Notes under the pieces: generated by a model | The model's database searches: none | The model's input: only the letters and a program-made list of their open reading frames with translations | What the model was told of the DNA's origin: nothing | Translations under genes and position numbers: made by a program | In this document: positions 1 to 10,270 of the stretch, piece by piece | Layout: each line of letters begins with the position of its first letter | Position numbering within the stretch: the first letter of the stretch is position 1 | Assembly: GCA_964439725.1 (NCBI GenBank) | Contig: CAYTPY010000002.1 | Coordinates: 7,194-71,193 of the forward strand | From: an uncultured Erythrobacter sp. | GTDB taxonomy: Bacteria; Pseudomonadota; Alphaproteobacteria; Sphingomonadales; Sphingomonadaceae | DNA length: 64,000 nucleotides | Reading direction: 5' to 3'

Positions 1-1021
1 CGGCCCCTGGCGCAATGACGACTTCGGTGAAAATCTCGGTGATCGCCGCCGCAGTGGCGCCATCGAGCGGCCGGTTCACGGCAATGATGCCGCCGAACGC
101 GGAAACCGGATCGCAAGCCAACGCCGCCCGGTAAGCTTCCTCGAGCGTGGCGGCCTGGGCGACGCCGCTGGGATTGGCATGCTTGACGATCACGGCGGTG
201 GGGCTTTGCCCCGCGAACTCGGCCACCAGCTCCAGGGCCGCATCGGCGTCGTTGTAATTGTTGTAGCTGAGCGCTTTGCCTTGGATCTGCTCCGCTTGCT
301 CCAGGCCGCGGACATGCGGACCGATCGGGGCATAGAGCGCCGCCGCCTGGTGCGGATTCTCGCCATAGCGCAATTCGCTGAGCAGCCGGCCGTTGACCGC
401 CAGCATCTCGGGGAACCGCTGCTTCTGATCCGCAAAGGCGAACCACTGGCTGATCATCGAATCATAAGCTGCCGTCGCGGCAAACGCCTTCGCCGCCATC
501 CGCTTGCGGAATTCGAGCGTCGTTGCGCCGTCGTGTTCGGCCAGCTCCTCGATCAGCAGCCGATAGTCCTCGGGATCGGTGACGATCGTCACATAAGCAT
601 GGTTCTTTGCCGCGGAACGGATCATCGCCGGGCCGCCGATGTCGATGTTCTCGATGACCTCGTCGCGCTCGGCGCCCCGCGTCACGGTCTCCTCGAACGG
701 GTAGAGGTTCGATACCAGGAGGTCGATCGCGCCGATCTCGTGCGTTTCCATCGCGGCGGCGTGTTGCGGGTCGTCGCGGACAGCCAGCAATCCGCCGTGG
801 ACCAGCGGGTGGAGCGTTTTCACGCGGCCGTCCATCATCTCCGGAAAGCCGGTGACATCGGAGACGTCCCGCACCTGCAGCCCCGCATCGCGCAGGGCGC
901 GTGCGGTTCCGCCCGTCGAGACAAGCTCGACGCCCCCTTTGGCCAGCCGCGAGGCAAGCTCGACCACGCCGCTCTTCTCGGACACCGAAAGCAGGGCCCG
1001 CCGGATCGCTATCTGAGTCAT
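1..1021 (-). CDS. purH: Bifunctional AICAR transformylase/IMP cyclohydrolase (3' part runs off the window)
   Basis: Manual minus-strand translation from ATG at 1021: [18 protein letters not shown]...STGGT...[15 protein letters not shown]...[17 protein letters not shown]...LRYGENPHQ...SYNN...KHANPSG. Missing from the ORF track because it is truncated. Confidence 0.97.
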   Translation of the reverse strand, partial: MTQIAIRRALLSVSEKSGVVELASRLAKGGVELVSTGGTARALRDAGLQVRDVSDVTGFPEMMDGRVKTLHPLVHGGLLAVRDDPQHAAAMETHEIGAIDLLVSNLYPFEETVTRGAERDEVIENIDIGGPAMIRSAAKNHAYVTIVTDPEDYRLLIEELAEHDGATTLEFRKRMAAKAFAATAAYDSMISQWFAFADQKQRFPEMLAVNGRLLSELRYGENPHQAAALYAPIGPHVRGLEQAEQIQGKALSYNNYNDADAALELVAEFAGQSPTAVIVKHANPSGVAQAATLEEAYRAALACDPVSAFGGIIAVNRPLDGATAAAITEIFTEVVIAPGA

Positions 1022-1055
1022 GGTGGGGTCGCCTAACGGGTTGGTCCCGGTCCCG

Positions 1056-2918
1056 CTACCTAATCTTCTTGAGCAGCCAGGAGAAGCTGCCGCCGCCCCG
1101 CGAGACCAGCCCTTGGAGGACTAGCTGCTGCACCGGATGCGGCCGTCCGTCTCCGTCGACCCACAGGCTCTCGTCGATCTCGACGCTGCTGTCCCCGGCC
1201 ATGAATTGCCAGTGCGATCCATCGGGCAGAAGCAGCGCGGCCCCTCGACCACTCGCGGCCAGCGTCGTCTCGACACCGGCACCGAGGTGAAAGCGGATCG
1301 CATAAGGCACTTTGCCGCGCTTGCCCTTGCGCCCGGCCGGTACCAACAGGTCTTCGCCGCGCAGCTCGCTGCCGTCGTCGCGCATGATCAGGATACGGCG
1401 ATGAACGAGGCCGAACCGCGCGACATAGCCGTCATGGCTGGCTTCGAGCCGCGTCGCGCCGCCATTTTCGGTCTGCAGCGTCCGGCGGTCGATTTCGACT
1501 TCGCCGACGCCGGCCCCCAGCTTGCCGTTGATCAGTACCGCCGTGGAGTTGGCATCGCCGAGCACCAGGGTCGAATGGGCCGCGGTGGCGCGCAGCCCGT
1601 GTTCGATCCGCACCGGCACGAGTCCGCCAGCGAAGGCCGCCCCGCCGCAATTGACCACTAGGCGCTGCCCGCCTTGCGACAGCTCGAACGCCAGGGTCGA
1701 CGCGCAGCCGTGACGCGCATGCCGCGACAAGGGCGGAGGCGCGGCATCGAACTGCAAGACGCTCTTGCCAGCGGCGATGCGCTGGTAACCCCATTGGCGG
1801 ACATCGCGCAGCGGACGGGTGCGCACGCCGCTCGCCGTGACCAGGGCTCTAATCCGCTCAGCCGAAACCGCGCCCGCCCCTTGCCAATTGCCCAATCCGC
1901 CGTCGCTATGGGTCAGTGCAAGCAGCGGCGGCACCAGAAGCTGGAGCATGGTCTCGACCGCTTCGGGCGGGTCGCACCGGGTGGCGCGGTAGCAGGCGGC
2001 AAGATCCGTCAGCAGCGCGATCGCTTCCAGTTGCGCGAGCGGGCTGCGCGACAGGACGCCGCCGTCGTTCCCGACTAGGTCGCCGAGCACGCCAGCCAGG
2101 CCCGCTTCGCCGAACAGCCGCCGCGGCTTACCTTCCGGAAGCAGCAAGCCCGCCGCAACGATCGCGCACCAGGCCGCGAGCGCGTCGGCACTATCCTCGG
2201 CCTTGCCGTGATTGCGGTCGAGCCAGCGCGCGGTGTCTTCCATCGCCGCCAGGACGCGGCCGCGCACGGCCTTGTCGCCGCGCGACAGGATCAGCGGCGC
2301 CCGGACTAGCCAGCACAGCAGTCGATGACCGGCGTGGCCGACTTTCCAGCCGACACCCTTGCCCGGGGCGGCATTGGCCTCGAGCCAATTCGTCAGAACC
2401 CGCTCGGCAGTCTGGACACACTGCGGAGCCGGCGCGCACGCCTCGAGATCGCGCATCCACGTGAAACCGTGCACGGTCCGCTCGAAAGCCGGTGCGAGCT
2501 TGGCGGCGGGGGAGAAATCGACTTGTGCGATCGGGACTTTGACGCCGTAGATCAGGAAGTGACCGGCGCGCAGAGCGGTACCGGCAACGGGGTCGCCCTT
2601 GAGCGGGCTGGCGACCGTGGCCAGCAGCCGCGGCTTCACCGGCTTGCGGAACGGAGCCGTCAGGGTGTGGCCCGAAAAGCCGAAACGATAGGCGAAGCGC
2701 ACCAGCCGCTCGCCCACGGATGCCGCCGGCGGCTCGAAGTTCGCCAGCGCCAGGGCCCGCCCCGGCGTGATCAGCTGGGCCGGTGGGCCGTCCTCGGCCA
2801 GCGGTTCTTCGACATCGCTCCTGAGCGGAATGGCCATGGCTTCCACATCCTTGGCGACGTCCTGCGTTGCCGGCCGCGCTCCGGTCACGAACCGATTGCG
2901 CGCGGCCAGTTCGGTCAT
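1056..2918 (-). CDS. Heparinase II/III-like family protein
   Basis: C-terminal part of ORF 1056..3590; likely start MTELAARNR (ATG 2918 overlaps the rpe stop). Motifs [29 protein letters not shown]. Typical alphaproteobacterial position between rpe and purH. Confidence 0.85.
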   Translation of the reverse strand: MTELAARNRFVTGARPATQDVAKDVEAMAIPLRSDVEEPLAEDGPPAQLITPGRALALANFEPPAASVGERLVRFAYRFGFSGHTLTAPFRKPVKPRLLATVASPLKGDPVAGTALRAGHFLIYGVKVPIAQVDFSPAAKLAPAFERTVHGFTWMRDLEACAPAPQCVQTAERVLTNWLEANAAPGKGVGWKVGHAGHRLLCWLVRAPLILSRGDKAVRGRVLAAMEDTARWLDRNHGKAEDSADALAAWCAIVAAGLLLPEGKPRRLFGEAGLAGVLGDLVGNDGGVLSRSPLAQLEAIALLTDLAACYRATRCDPPEAVETMLQLLVPPLLALTHSDGGLGNWQGAGAVSAERIRALVTASGVRTRPLRDVRQWGYQRIAAGKSVLQFDAAPPPLSRHARHGCASTLAFELSQGGQRLVVNCGGAAFAGGLVPVRIEHGLRATAAHSTLVLGDANSTAVLINGKLGAGVGEVEIDRRTLQTENGGATRLEASHDGYVARFGLVHRRILIMRDDGSELRGEDLLVPAGRKGKRGKVPYAIRFHLGAGVETTLAASGRGAALLLPDGSHWQFMAGDSSVEIDESLWVDGDGRPHPVQQLVLQGLVSRGGGSFSWLLKKIR

Positions 2919-3577
2919 GCCTCGCCCCGCAAAGCAGCGATATTGGCGGCGTAGCGTTCCGGGCCGCCGGTAAACGTCGCCGATCCCGCGACCAGCACAT
3001 CCGCCCCCGCGTCGGCGCATTGGCGGGCGGTCTCCACGTTGACACCGCCGTCCACCTCGAGCCGGATGTCGCGTCCCGACTTGTCGATCATCTTGCGGAC
3101 CGCCTCGACCTTGCGCAGCTGGCTGGCGATGAAGCTCTGCCCGCCGAACCCGGGATTGACGCTCATCACCAGGACCAGGTCGATCTCGTCGATCAGGTAG
3201 TCGAGCATCTTGGCCGGAGTGGCCGGATTGAGCGAAATCCCCGCCTGCTTGCCGAAGCCCTTGATCGCCTGCACCGTGCGATGCACGTGCGGCCCGGCCT
3301 CGGGGTGCACCGTGATGATGTCGGCCCCGGCGGCGGCGAAGGGCTCGATCCACAGATCGACCGGCGCGCACATCAGGTGGACGTCGAAGGGCTTCGTAGT
3401 GTGCGGGCGCAAGGCCTTCACCACGCCCGGTCCGATCGTCAGGTTGGGCACGAAATGGCCATCCATGACATCGACGTGGATCCAGTCTGCGCCGGCCGCG
3501 TCGACGGCGCGCACTTCCTCGCCGAGCCGGGAGAAGTCGGCCGAAAGGATCGAAGGAGAGATCAACATCTGGTGCAT
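2915..3577 (-). CDS. rpe: Ribulose-phosphate 3-epimerase
   Basis: [41 protein letters not shown] motifs. Confidence 0.98.
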   Translation of the reverse strand: MHQMLISPSILSADFSRLGEEVRAVDAAGADWIHVDVMDGHFVPNLTIGPGVVKALRPHTTKPFDVHLMCAPVDLWIEPFAAAGADIITVHPEAGPHVHRTVQAIKGFGKQAGISLNPATPAKMLDYLIDEIDLVLVMSVNPGFGGQSFIASQLRKVEAVRKMIDKSGRDIRLEVDGGVNVETARQCADAGADVLVAGSATFTGGPERYAANIAALRGEA

Positions 3578-3863
3578 CTGCGTAATTCAAGCACTACGAC
3601 TGGGAGCAACCCTTAACAACTTGGCCGCTCGGCTTTTCCACACGAGCAGGTGATTGCCACGCGGCCTCTATCATCCTGCCCCGCCATCCGAACACTGCAG
3701 GGGCGGAGCGTGGGTAACGGGCGGTGAAGCGAAAGTTCACCCTGAGTTCACTGCCTCATTGGCAAAGAACAACGCGACAGGATCAATCTGACGCGATCGC
3801 CCTCTTTTCGCCCCGCTCTTGGCGGCAAGGCGCCGCGTGACTACATCCGGAGCTCGGATTTCT

Positions 3864-4388
3864 ATGACGTTTCGAAACCGCCTTGCTTCCGCCACTGCGG
3901 CAACGACCCGGACTAGTGGCTGGATTGCTTGCGCATTCGCTGCGCTCGCGCTGGCCGTTCCGGCGCAGGCGCAATACAATCAGCGTGTCAGCAACGACAT
4001 GGCCAAATGCGCCGCGGGGGCCGGCCCCGCCGTCCGGGTCACCATCAACGACATCAAGTCTTCGCGCGGCGACATCCGCGTGCAGCTCTACAACGCCACC
4101 AAGGCCGACTGGCTGGCGAGCGGCCGCTGGCTCAATCGCATGGAGTTGCCGGCCCGCGCCGGGTCGATGACCGTCTGCGTGCCCGCGCCCAGCCCGGGCA
4201 CGTACGGCATTGCGGTGCGTCACGACATCAACGGCAACGGCAAGACCGACCTGACGCAAGACGGTGGCGGGATGTCCAACAATCCCAGCATCAACATCTT
4301 CAATCTCGGCAAGCCGAGCCACAGCCGCGTCGCCTTCAGCCTCGGCAACGAGGTGAAGCCGATGACGATCCGCATGCGCTACATGTAG
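3864..4388 (+). CDS. DUF2141-family exported protein
   Basis: Signal-peptide-like N-terminus; G.YGIAVRHDINGNGK.D...GG.SNNP pattern typical of DUF2141; start chosen at ATG 3864. Confidence 0.75.
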   Translation: MTFRNRLASATAATTRTSGWIACAFAALALAVPAQAQYNQRVSNDMAKCAAGAGPAVRVTINDIKSSRGDIRVQLYNATKADWLASGRWLNRMELPARAGSMTVCVPAPSPGTYGIAVRHDINGNGKTDLTQDGGGMSNNPSINIFNLGKPSHSRVAFSLGNEVKPMTIRMRYM

Positions 4389-4402
4389 ACGCCCGGCGCG
4401 GT

Positions 4403-5305
4403 TCAGCCGCCCGCCCGGGTGCGTTTCGCGCGCCACAGCACCCAGAGCACGCTCGGCACCGCCAGCAGCGGCAGCCTCTCTCGCAGCGGCGTGACGCGCA
4501 CCGGCAGCCCGGTGTGGCGCTCCACCTTCCAGGCAACATAGCGCATCCCGCCCTCGAACGTGGTCGCGGCGCGGGCCAGGCGGGCGACGTTGAGCGGCTT
4601 GCCCAGCCGGCGCCGGGCCCGCCACCAGCGCAGGATCGACTGCCGCGCGGGGGGATCGAGCCGCGGCTCGATCGTGCTCCCCTCGGCGCGCCAGGCGATG
4701 CCGGCTTCCTCCAGCGCCTCGGGCAAAAGGCCATCGAAGTGGCCGCGGTTCGCCGCCAGGATCGAGTCCTCGCGCCCGGCGGCTTCCACTCTGAATTCCG
4801 CCCGGTAAGTCGCGCGAAACAAGGCGCGCCAGAAATCCTCTTCCGCGCCCCTCGCTGGTCCCACCGCCACCGCCAGGCGAGCCGCGGTAACCGCTGCCGA
4901 AGCGAGCGCCTGCTCGATCGACGCCCGAACCGATGCATCGCGCAGCCAGGCAAGACCGCTGGGCTGGACGAACCGCGCCCATATCGTCGTGTCCAAAGTC
5001 TCGCCCCGCGCCGCCGCGCCGAACGTCGCGAGCGACATAGTCGCCGCTTTCGCCCGCAGCACCGTGCCCTCGTGGGTCCGTTCGTGATAGGAAACGCGCG
5101 GCCACAGCCCCCGTTCGCGCTCACCTGGCAACAGGACGTAGAAATCGAGGACGCCGTCGAGCGATCCGGTCCGCAAGTTCGAGCCGTAGAACAGCACCGC
5201 CTCGGCCCCGGCTTCGCGGCCCAGTTGTTCGGCGAAGGCGGCGACGGGCGGCGCGATCGGGCGGTCCAATGCCGCGCTGACCCGCGCGGCCAGGGCGCTG
5301 CTCAC
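4403..5305 (-). CDS. Tam41/Mmp37-like nucleotidyltransferase (candidate CDP-lipid synthase)
   Basis: GTG start at 5305 overlaps the upstream kinase stop (GTGA). Nucleotidyltransferase signature LFYGSNLRTGSLDGVLDFYV; IWARFVQP and RYVAWKVERH resemble conserved Tam41 segments. Confidence 0.6.
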   Translation of the reverse strand: MSSALAARVSAALDRPIAPPVAAFAEQLGREAGAEAVLFYGSNLRTGSLDGVLDFYVLLPGERERGLWPRVSYHERTHEGTVLRAKAATMSLATFGAAARGETLDTTIWARFVQPSGLAWLRDASVRASIEQALASAAVTAARLAVAVGPARGAEEDFWRALFRATYRAEFRVEAAGREDSILAANRGHFDGLLPEALEEAGIAWRAEGSTIEPRLDPPARQSILRWWRARRRLGKPLNVARLARAATTFEGGMRYVAWKVERHTGLPVRVTPLRERLPLLAVPSVLWVLWRAKRTRAGG

Positions 5306-6330
5306 GGAACGACGAAGCGCAGCTTCGGGCCCAGCGTGATGCGATAGCGCCCGGCCGGAAACGCCTCTCCGTCGAGGATAAAACGGTCGGCGATGTCGAG
5401 TTGCAGGCCCTCCGTCTCGAACACGTGATAGCCGCAGCGGCGCATGCGCGGACTGACCAGCCCGCGGAAGATCAGCGGCAGGCGCAGCAGGACGCCGCGG
5501 TGCGCGCTGTCGATCACCGTGGTGCGCAAGCCCGCCGCCCTGCGGTCGCCAAACGGCCGCATCCCTGCCGGAAACCGGCTGAGCGTCGATGAAAACACGA
5601 AATAGCGCTCGTCTGGCGGGCCGAGCCGGCTGTGCGACAGTTCCTGCCCGCTCTCGTCGTAGAGGCGCATCGGCGTTCCCTGCCGCCAGACGTTCCCCGC
5701 CCGGCCGAGCAGGGCCTGAAGCAGGCTCCAGAGCGCCGTCACGATCACGCCCAGGCTGTTGAACGCCCCCTTGTCGTGCGCCCGCTGGCCGAGCTGGATT
5801 GCGGAGGCATAAGCGCCCGCACCGAACACGAACCCCTGGACGCGCGCATCGGCGTTGTCGCGCTGCGCCACGACCAGCGAGCGGCGCTGCTCGATGCGCC
5901 CGGCGGCGACCGCATCGAGCGCTTCCTCGATGCTCCACCGCGTCGGCAGGCCGAGGTCCACCGCCAGGGCGTTGGTCTTGCCGCAGGGGACGACGATCAG
6001 CGGCGGCCAGCTCTCGCCGAAATAGCTCGCGCCGCAGCTCAGCACGTCGCGCACCGTGCCGTCGCCGCCCGCGACCAGAATGTAGTCGACCCGCCGCTCG
6101 GCAAAGCGCGCCAGGACGTCTTTCAACTCGTCGCGCTGGTCCGGGGTCTCGACCAGCAGCGTGCCGCGTCCCACCCAGTCGAGCGGGGCGACCGGCTGGC
6201 GATGGCTGCGCGGATTGCGGATCACCCCGATCAGCGGCGTCTGGCGCACGAGCGCGACGCCGCCGCTGGCCGGAGCGGCGGGACGGGTGACCTGCGGCAA
6301 GCGGTCGAAAAGATGTACGGTCCCGTGCAT
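5302..6330 (-). CDS. Diacylglycerol/sphingosine/ceramide kinase family protein
   Basis: NPRS, AGGDGTVRDV, VPCGKTNALA.DLG, FILDGE DAGK-family motifs. Confidence 0.88.
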   Translation of the reverse strand: MHGTVHLFDRLPQVTRPAAPASGGVALVRQTPLIGVIRNPRSHRQPVAPLDWVGRGTLLVETPDQRDELKDVLARFAERRVDYILVAGGDGTVRDVLSCGASYFGESWPPLIVVPCGKTNALAVDLGLPTRWSIEEALDAVAAGRIEQRRSLVVAQRDNADARVQGFVFGAGAYASAIQLGQRAHDKGAFNSLGVIVTALWSLLQALLGRAGNVWRQGTPMRLYDESGQELSHSRLGPPDERYFVFSSTLSRFPAGMRPFGDRRAAGLRTTVIDSAHRGVLLRLPLIFRGLVSPRMRRCGYHVFETEGLQLDIADRFILDGEAFPAGRYRITLGPKLRFVVP

Positions 6331-6547
6331 GTCGGCGCCTTAAACCCCGGCTGGCAAAAGATACTACGGTTATTCCCGAAAATCCAAACCTGTCGCCACT
6401 GCGCCACAGTGACTAACGGCAAAGGCATTCCCGGGCCGGCGGTCCCTGCCTTGCCGGGCCGCCCCCCTCAAATGGAGAGCCGCCCCGGACGTGACAAGGG
6501 CACCCGCGGCCACGCGGCGCTGGAATGCAGGCAGCCGGCGGGCTAGG

Positions 6548-7750
6548 ATGCGGGCCATGCCGGCCCTCCATCTTCTCGAAAGAGCGCAAGAAATCGCGCC
6601 GCGGATCGTGGCGCTGCGCCGCGCCATTCATGCCGAACCCGAACTCGGTCTCGACACCCCGCTGACCCTGGCAAAAGTCCGCAGCGAGCTCGCCGACCTG
6701 CCGCTGGAATGGCGCGAAGCGACATCCTGCACTGGCGCGGTCGCGGTGCTGAAAGGGGCGCGCCCCGGGCCGGTGGTCCTCCTGCGCGGCGACATGGACG
6801 CGCTGCCGATGCCGGAGCACAGCGGGGTCGAGTTCGCCTCCACCGTCCCGGGCCGGATGCATGCCTGCGGCCACGACACCCACACCGCGATGCTCGCCGG
6901 CGCTGCGCGGCTCGTCGCCGCGCAGCAGGCCGATCTCGTCGGCGAGGTGCATTTCATGTTCCAGCCGGGGGAAGAGGGCCATCACGGCGCCCGCTTCATG
7001 ATCGAGGACGGCCTGCTCGACCCGCTTCCGGCGGCCGCCTTCGCCTTGCACGTGATGCCGAACTACCGCCACGGGGTGTTGGCCAGCCGCACCGGCGCGC
7101 TGCTGGCGGCGGCCGATCAGCTCGAGATCGTCGTCGAAGGCCGCGGCGGCCACGCCTCGATGCCGCACCACGCCGCCGATCCGGTTCCCGTCGCTTGCGA
7201 GATCGTCACCGCCATCCAGGCAATGGTCACTCGCCGCTACGCCGCCACCGAAGCGACCGTGATCACCATCAGCCAGCTCGACGCCGGCAGCGCCCATAAT
7301 GTGATCCCCGACCGCGCCGCGCTCAAGGGCACGATCCGCACGCTTTCGCCCGAGCGGCGCCAGGCGGTCCGCGCCGACTTGCGCCGCCTCGCCGAAGGCA
7401 TCGCCGCGGCTCACGATTGCAGCGCCAGCCTGACTTTCACCGACGGCTTCCCGCCGACGATCAATGACGGCCGCGCGGTCGAGCTCGCCGCCGCGGTCGC
7501 CGCCGAGCTGCCCGACGGCCAGTTCGAGACGCTGGACAGCCCGATCATGGGCGCCGAGGATTTCTCCTATGTCCTGGAGAAAGTGCCCGGCGCGATGGCA
7601 TTCCTCGGAGTCGCGCCGCCGGGCGACGACTGGGCCAGCCGCTGCGGCATCCATTCCCCGCGGATGATGGTCGATGAAAGCGCCCTGCCGCGCGGCTCCG
7701 CCTTCCTCGCCGGCTGCGCGCTGCGCTTCCTCCAGCGCGGCTGGGACTGA
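6548..7750 (+). CDS. M20D family amidohydrolase (hippurate hydrolase-like)
   Basis: RRAIHAEPELG, LRGDMDALP, MHACGHDTH, FQPGEEG, GAEDFS, HSPR motifs. Confidence 0.93.
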   Translation: MRAMPALHLLERAQEIAPRIVALRRAIHAEPELGLDTPLTLAKVRSELADLPLEWREATSCTGAVAVLKGARPGPVVLLRGDMDALPMPEHSGVEFASTVPGRMHACGHDTHTAMLAGAARLVAAQQADLVGEVHFMFQPGEEGHHGARFMIEDGLLDPLPAAAFALHVMPNYRHGVLASRTGALLAAADQLEIVVEGRGGHASMPHHAADPVPVACEIVTAIQAMVTRRYAATEATVITISQLDAGSAHNVIPDRAALKGTIRTLSPERRQAVRADLRRLAEGIAAAHDCSASLTFTDGFPPTINDGRAVELAAAVAAELPDGQFETLDSPIMGAEDFSYVLEKVPGAMAFLGVAPPGDDWASRCGIHSPRMMVDESALPRGSAFLAGCALRFLQRGWD

Positions 7751-7797
7751 TTATCGCTTGGCGATGCGCAACCGCATTGCTAACCGCCGCCAGACAC

Positions 7798-7874
<77 letters not shown>

Positions 7875-8574
7875 TTCCTTCGATGGTGGCGGCGGTGAGC
7901 CTCATCGACCGCGAACACGCTCGGCCTGCTTCGCCCCGTGGCTACCCCGTTCTTGTCCTGCACTTCGGCGCGCTGACCCCTTAGGGTACTTGCGCTGCAA
8001 GCCGGTGCCCGCCGTCGAACTGGGTCGAGGTGAGGTTCACGTGATCGGCCTGTAGCCCGTTGAACTGACAAAGCCGTGGTGGCCGGATCAGGCATGGTCT
8101 TGACGGCTGGTTTGGAATGCCTCGGGCTTGCCTGCCAGCTGCGCCAGTCCTCCCCAGGCTCAGCCGAGGCTAGGTCCTTGCGGCGAACGTTGGCTAGATC
8201 TTCCAGCGCGACAACGGTCCGGTCGCTGGCGGCGTTCGACAGATAAGGCTCTCGAGTTCGAGGTGCTTGAGTACCATCGCACGTCTCTCTTGATGCGGGA
8301 GCGCTGAGGCTTTCAGTCGCAGGTGCCCATGACAAAGCCAGCGGTCTGCAACAGATGGGTTTGTCGCGCGTCGTTTCTAATACGGGGGGTGTTATGCGGG
8401 GCACGCTATCGGGCACTTTGATGGGATCCTCCCGGAGAGTGGAACGATATGCTGGCCGGCTCGCTTGGATCGCACTAGCGAGCCTCGTTCCGGCCAGTCG
8501 CCAGCTGAGAGACCAACCGTGCTCCCGCCTAACGGAGCCGCCATGTCCTGGTTGCAATTCGAATACGACTGCTC

Positions 8575-8931
8575 GTGAGCAAGTCTGTCCTCATCATCGA
8601 AGACGAGCCGCTCCTGGCGATGGTGCTCGAGGATACTCTCGTCGACTCAGGCCATCTGGTGCGGCTGGCTCTGACAGGATCCGAAGGCTGGGCGGAACTG
8701 GAGACCGCAGGGCCGCTCGATGTCCTGGTCACTGATATTCGGCTGCCGCAAGTCGATGGGTGGGCTTTGTCTCGCCGGGCGCGAGAACTCGATCCTCACC
8801 TGCCGGTAATCTACATGAGCGGCGACAGTGCATCCGACCATCTGCTGAAGGGCGTGACCGGCAGTATGATGTTATCCAAGCCCTTCGCCCTTGATGAATT
8901 CGCCCAGCTCGTGGCATCGCAACTCGGCTAG
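8575..8931 (+). CDS. Single-domain response regulator (receiver only)
   Basis: VLIIEDE, LVTDIRLP.VDG, YMSG, LSKPF receiver motifs; 118 aa. Confidence 0.9.
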   Translation: MSKSVLIIEDEPLLAMVLEDTLVDSGHLVRLALTGSEGWAELETAGPLDVLVTDIRLPQVDGWALSRRARELDPHLPVIYMSGDSASDHLLKGVTGSMMLSKPFALDEFAQLVASQLG

Positions 8932-8959
8932 CCCGCTACATGCGCGGTTTCAGCCCAAG

Positions 8960-9964
8960 CTATAGCGGTAATGCCGACAAGGGCATTGCGACGGTCGCAA
9001 CGAGGCCGGTGGGCCGCCAGTCGTAGCTTATCGAGCCGCCGAGTTGGCCCGATAAGTACATCCGGACCATCTTGCTGCCGAACCCTGCCAAGGCAGGCGG
9101 TTGCAAGACCGCGGGTCCTCCCGTTTCCGCCCATATCAGCTTGAGCGACTCGTCATCACTGCAACCGGACAAGCCAAGCGCGCCGGTTTCGCTGGATAAG
9201 GCCCCGTGTTTGGCGGAGTTGGTTGCCAGTTCGTGAAAAATCATGGCGAGCGCTGTGGCCGTCCGTTCGCCTACGCCCATGCGCGGCACGGCCACCCTAA
9301 TTCGTCCCCTGAACGCGCCGTGATCATCGTAGGGAGCGAGCAGCACGCTCAGCAGGTCGCCGAGCAAGGCAGCGCTGCCCTGCGCGCCCGGAAGCGGACG
9401 CACCAGATCGTGCGCTCGCCCCAGGGCCGACAACCTAATGGTGAGCGCTTCGGTCATCTGTTCGACAGATTGGCTCGAACGCGATGTGAGCGTCGTCAGG
9501 CTGGAAGCGATCGCCAGGAGGTTCTTGACGCGGTGGCTCATCTCGCCGGCTAGCAACTCGCTGCCTTCCTCAGCCTGCTTGCGGCCGGTTACGTCCAGAA
9601 AGACGCCAAACATCGTCCGCTCAACGATTCCCGCATCGGCACCTTGGCCGCGAGCGGAAATCCAGCGAATCTGATCTTGCACGATGATCCGGAAGTCAAT
9701 TTCGTAGGGTCCGTCGACGGCTCGTGTAGCCATGAAGCCCGCACGCACGCGGTCTCGATCGGCCGGGTGAATCTTCGCCGACAGTTCCTCAAATTCGATC
9801 GAGTGGGCAGGCGCAAGGTCCCAGAGCTGGAACCCGAGCGGGTCCATGCCGAAGGCATTGTCATCGACATTCCATGACCATAGCGCGACACAAGCCGCCT
9901 CGACCGCCAACCTCAAATGCCGGCTGCTCCATTCCTGCGAGATTGGGCCCTCAGCGCCTTGCAC
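8960..9964 (-). CDS. PAS-domain HWE/HisKA_2-family sensor histidine kinase
   Basis: IHPADRDRV..IRWISARG PAS/PAC; EMSHRVKNLLA, HELATNSAKHGALS, WAETGGP, GFGS; strong RBS GGAGGAGG before GTG. Confidence 0.92.
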   Translation of the reverse strand: MQGAEGPISQEWSSRHLRLAVEAACVALWSWNVDDNAFGMDPLGFQLWDLAPAHSIEFEELSAKIHPADRDRVRAGFMATRAVDGPYEIDFRIIVQDQIRWISARGQGADAGIVERTMFGVFLDVTGRKQAEEGSELLAGEMSHRVKNLLAIASSLTTLTSRSSQSVEQMTEALTIRLSALGRAHDLVRPLPGAQGSAALLGDLLSVLLAPYDDHGAFRGRIRVAVPRMGVGERTATALAMIFHELATNSAKHGALSSETGALGLSGCSDDESLKLIWAETGGPAVLQPPALAGFGSKMVRMYLSGQLGGSISYDWRPTGLVATVAMPLSALPL

Positions 9965-10270
9965 GTAGATCCTCCTCCAGCCCAGCGAAGAACATCGTGC
10001 GGCGCGCCGGCGGCTTGGCTGTGGCCCTTATGCCGACCGAACTCAATGACTTCGGAGCCATGGCGTTCGAGTGGCCACTCAGCGCCCCATTGTCTCAATC
10101 TTCGTCATCAGGATGCCGCCATTCTCCCGACCGCCGCAAAACGGCAGCGCCGGTCAACCGACTCGGTGCGCGCTGTCCCCTCTTCGTACCGCCGTCGCGG
10201 CGCCACTTGAGCCGGGGCGGTGCGCGCCGTAACCAAGGGGCGAGAACCCGCCGAAGCGTCGGCGGCTGGG

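Noticed and set aside
2919-3590. N-terminal extension of the 844-aa ORF
   Set aside because: Alternative-frame overlap with rpe; Arg-rich non-protein sequence; real start is about 2918
3725-3751. 11-bp periodic TGAA/TTCAC/TTCAC upstream of DUF2141 as CtrA boxes
   Set aside because: Every half-site mismatches TTAA; too degenerate to call
5306-5938. N-terminal extension of ORF 4403..5938
   Set aside because: Overlaps the kinase gene in another frame; the coupled GTG start at 5305 is more plausible
10160-10175. CGGTGCGC as a possible attR copy of the tRNA 3' end
   Set aside because: Match too short to be significant in GC-rich DNA
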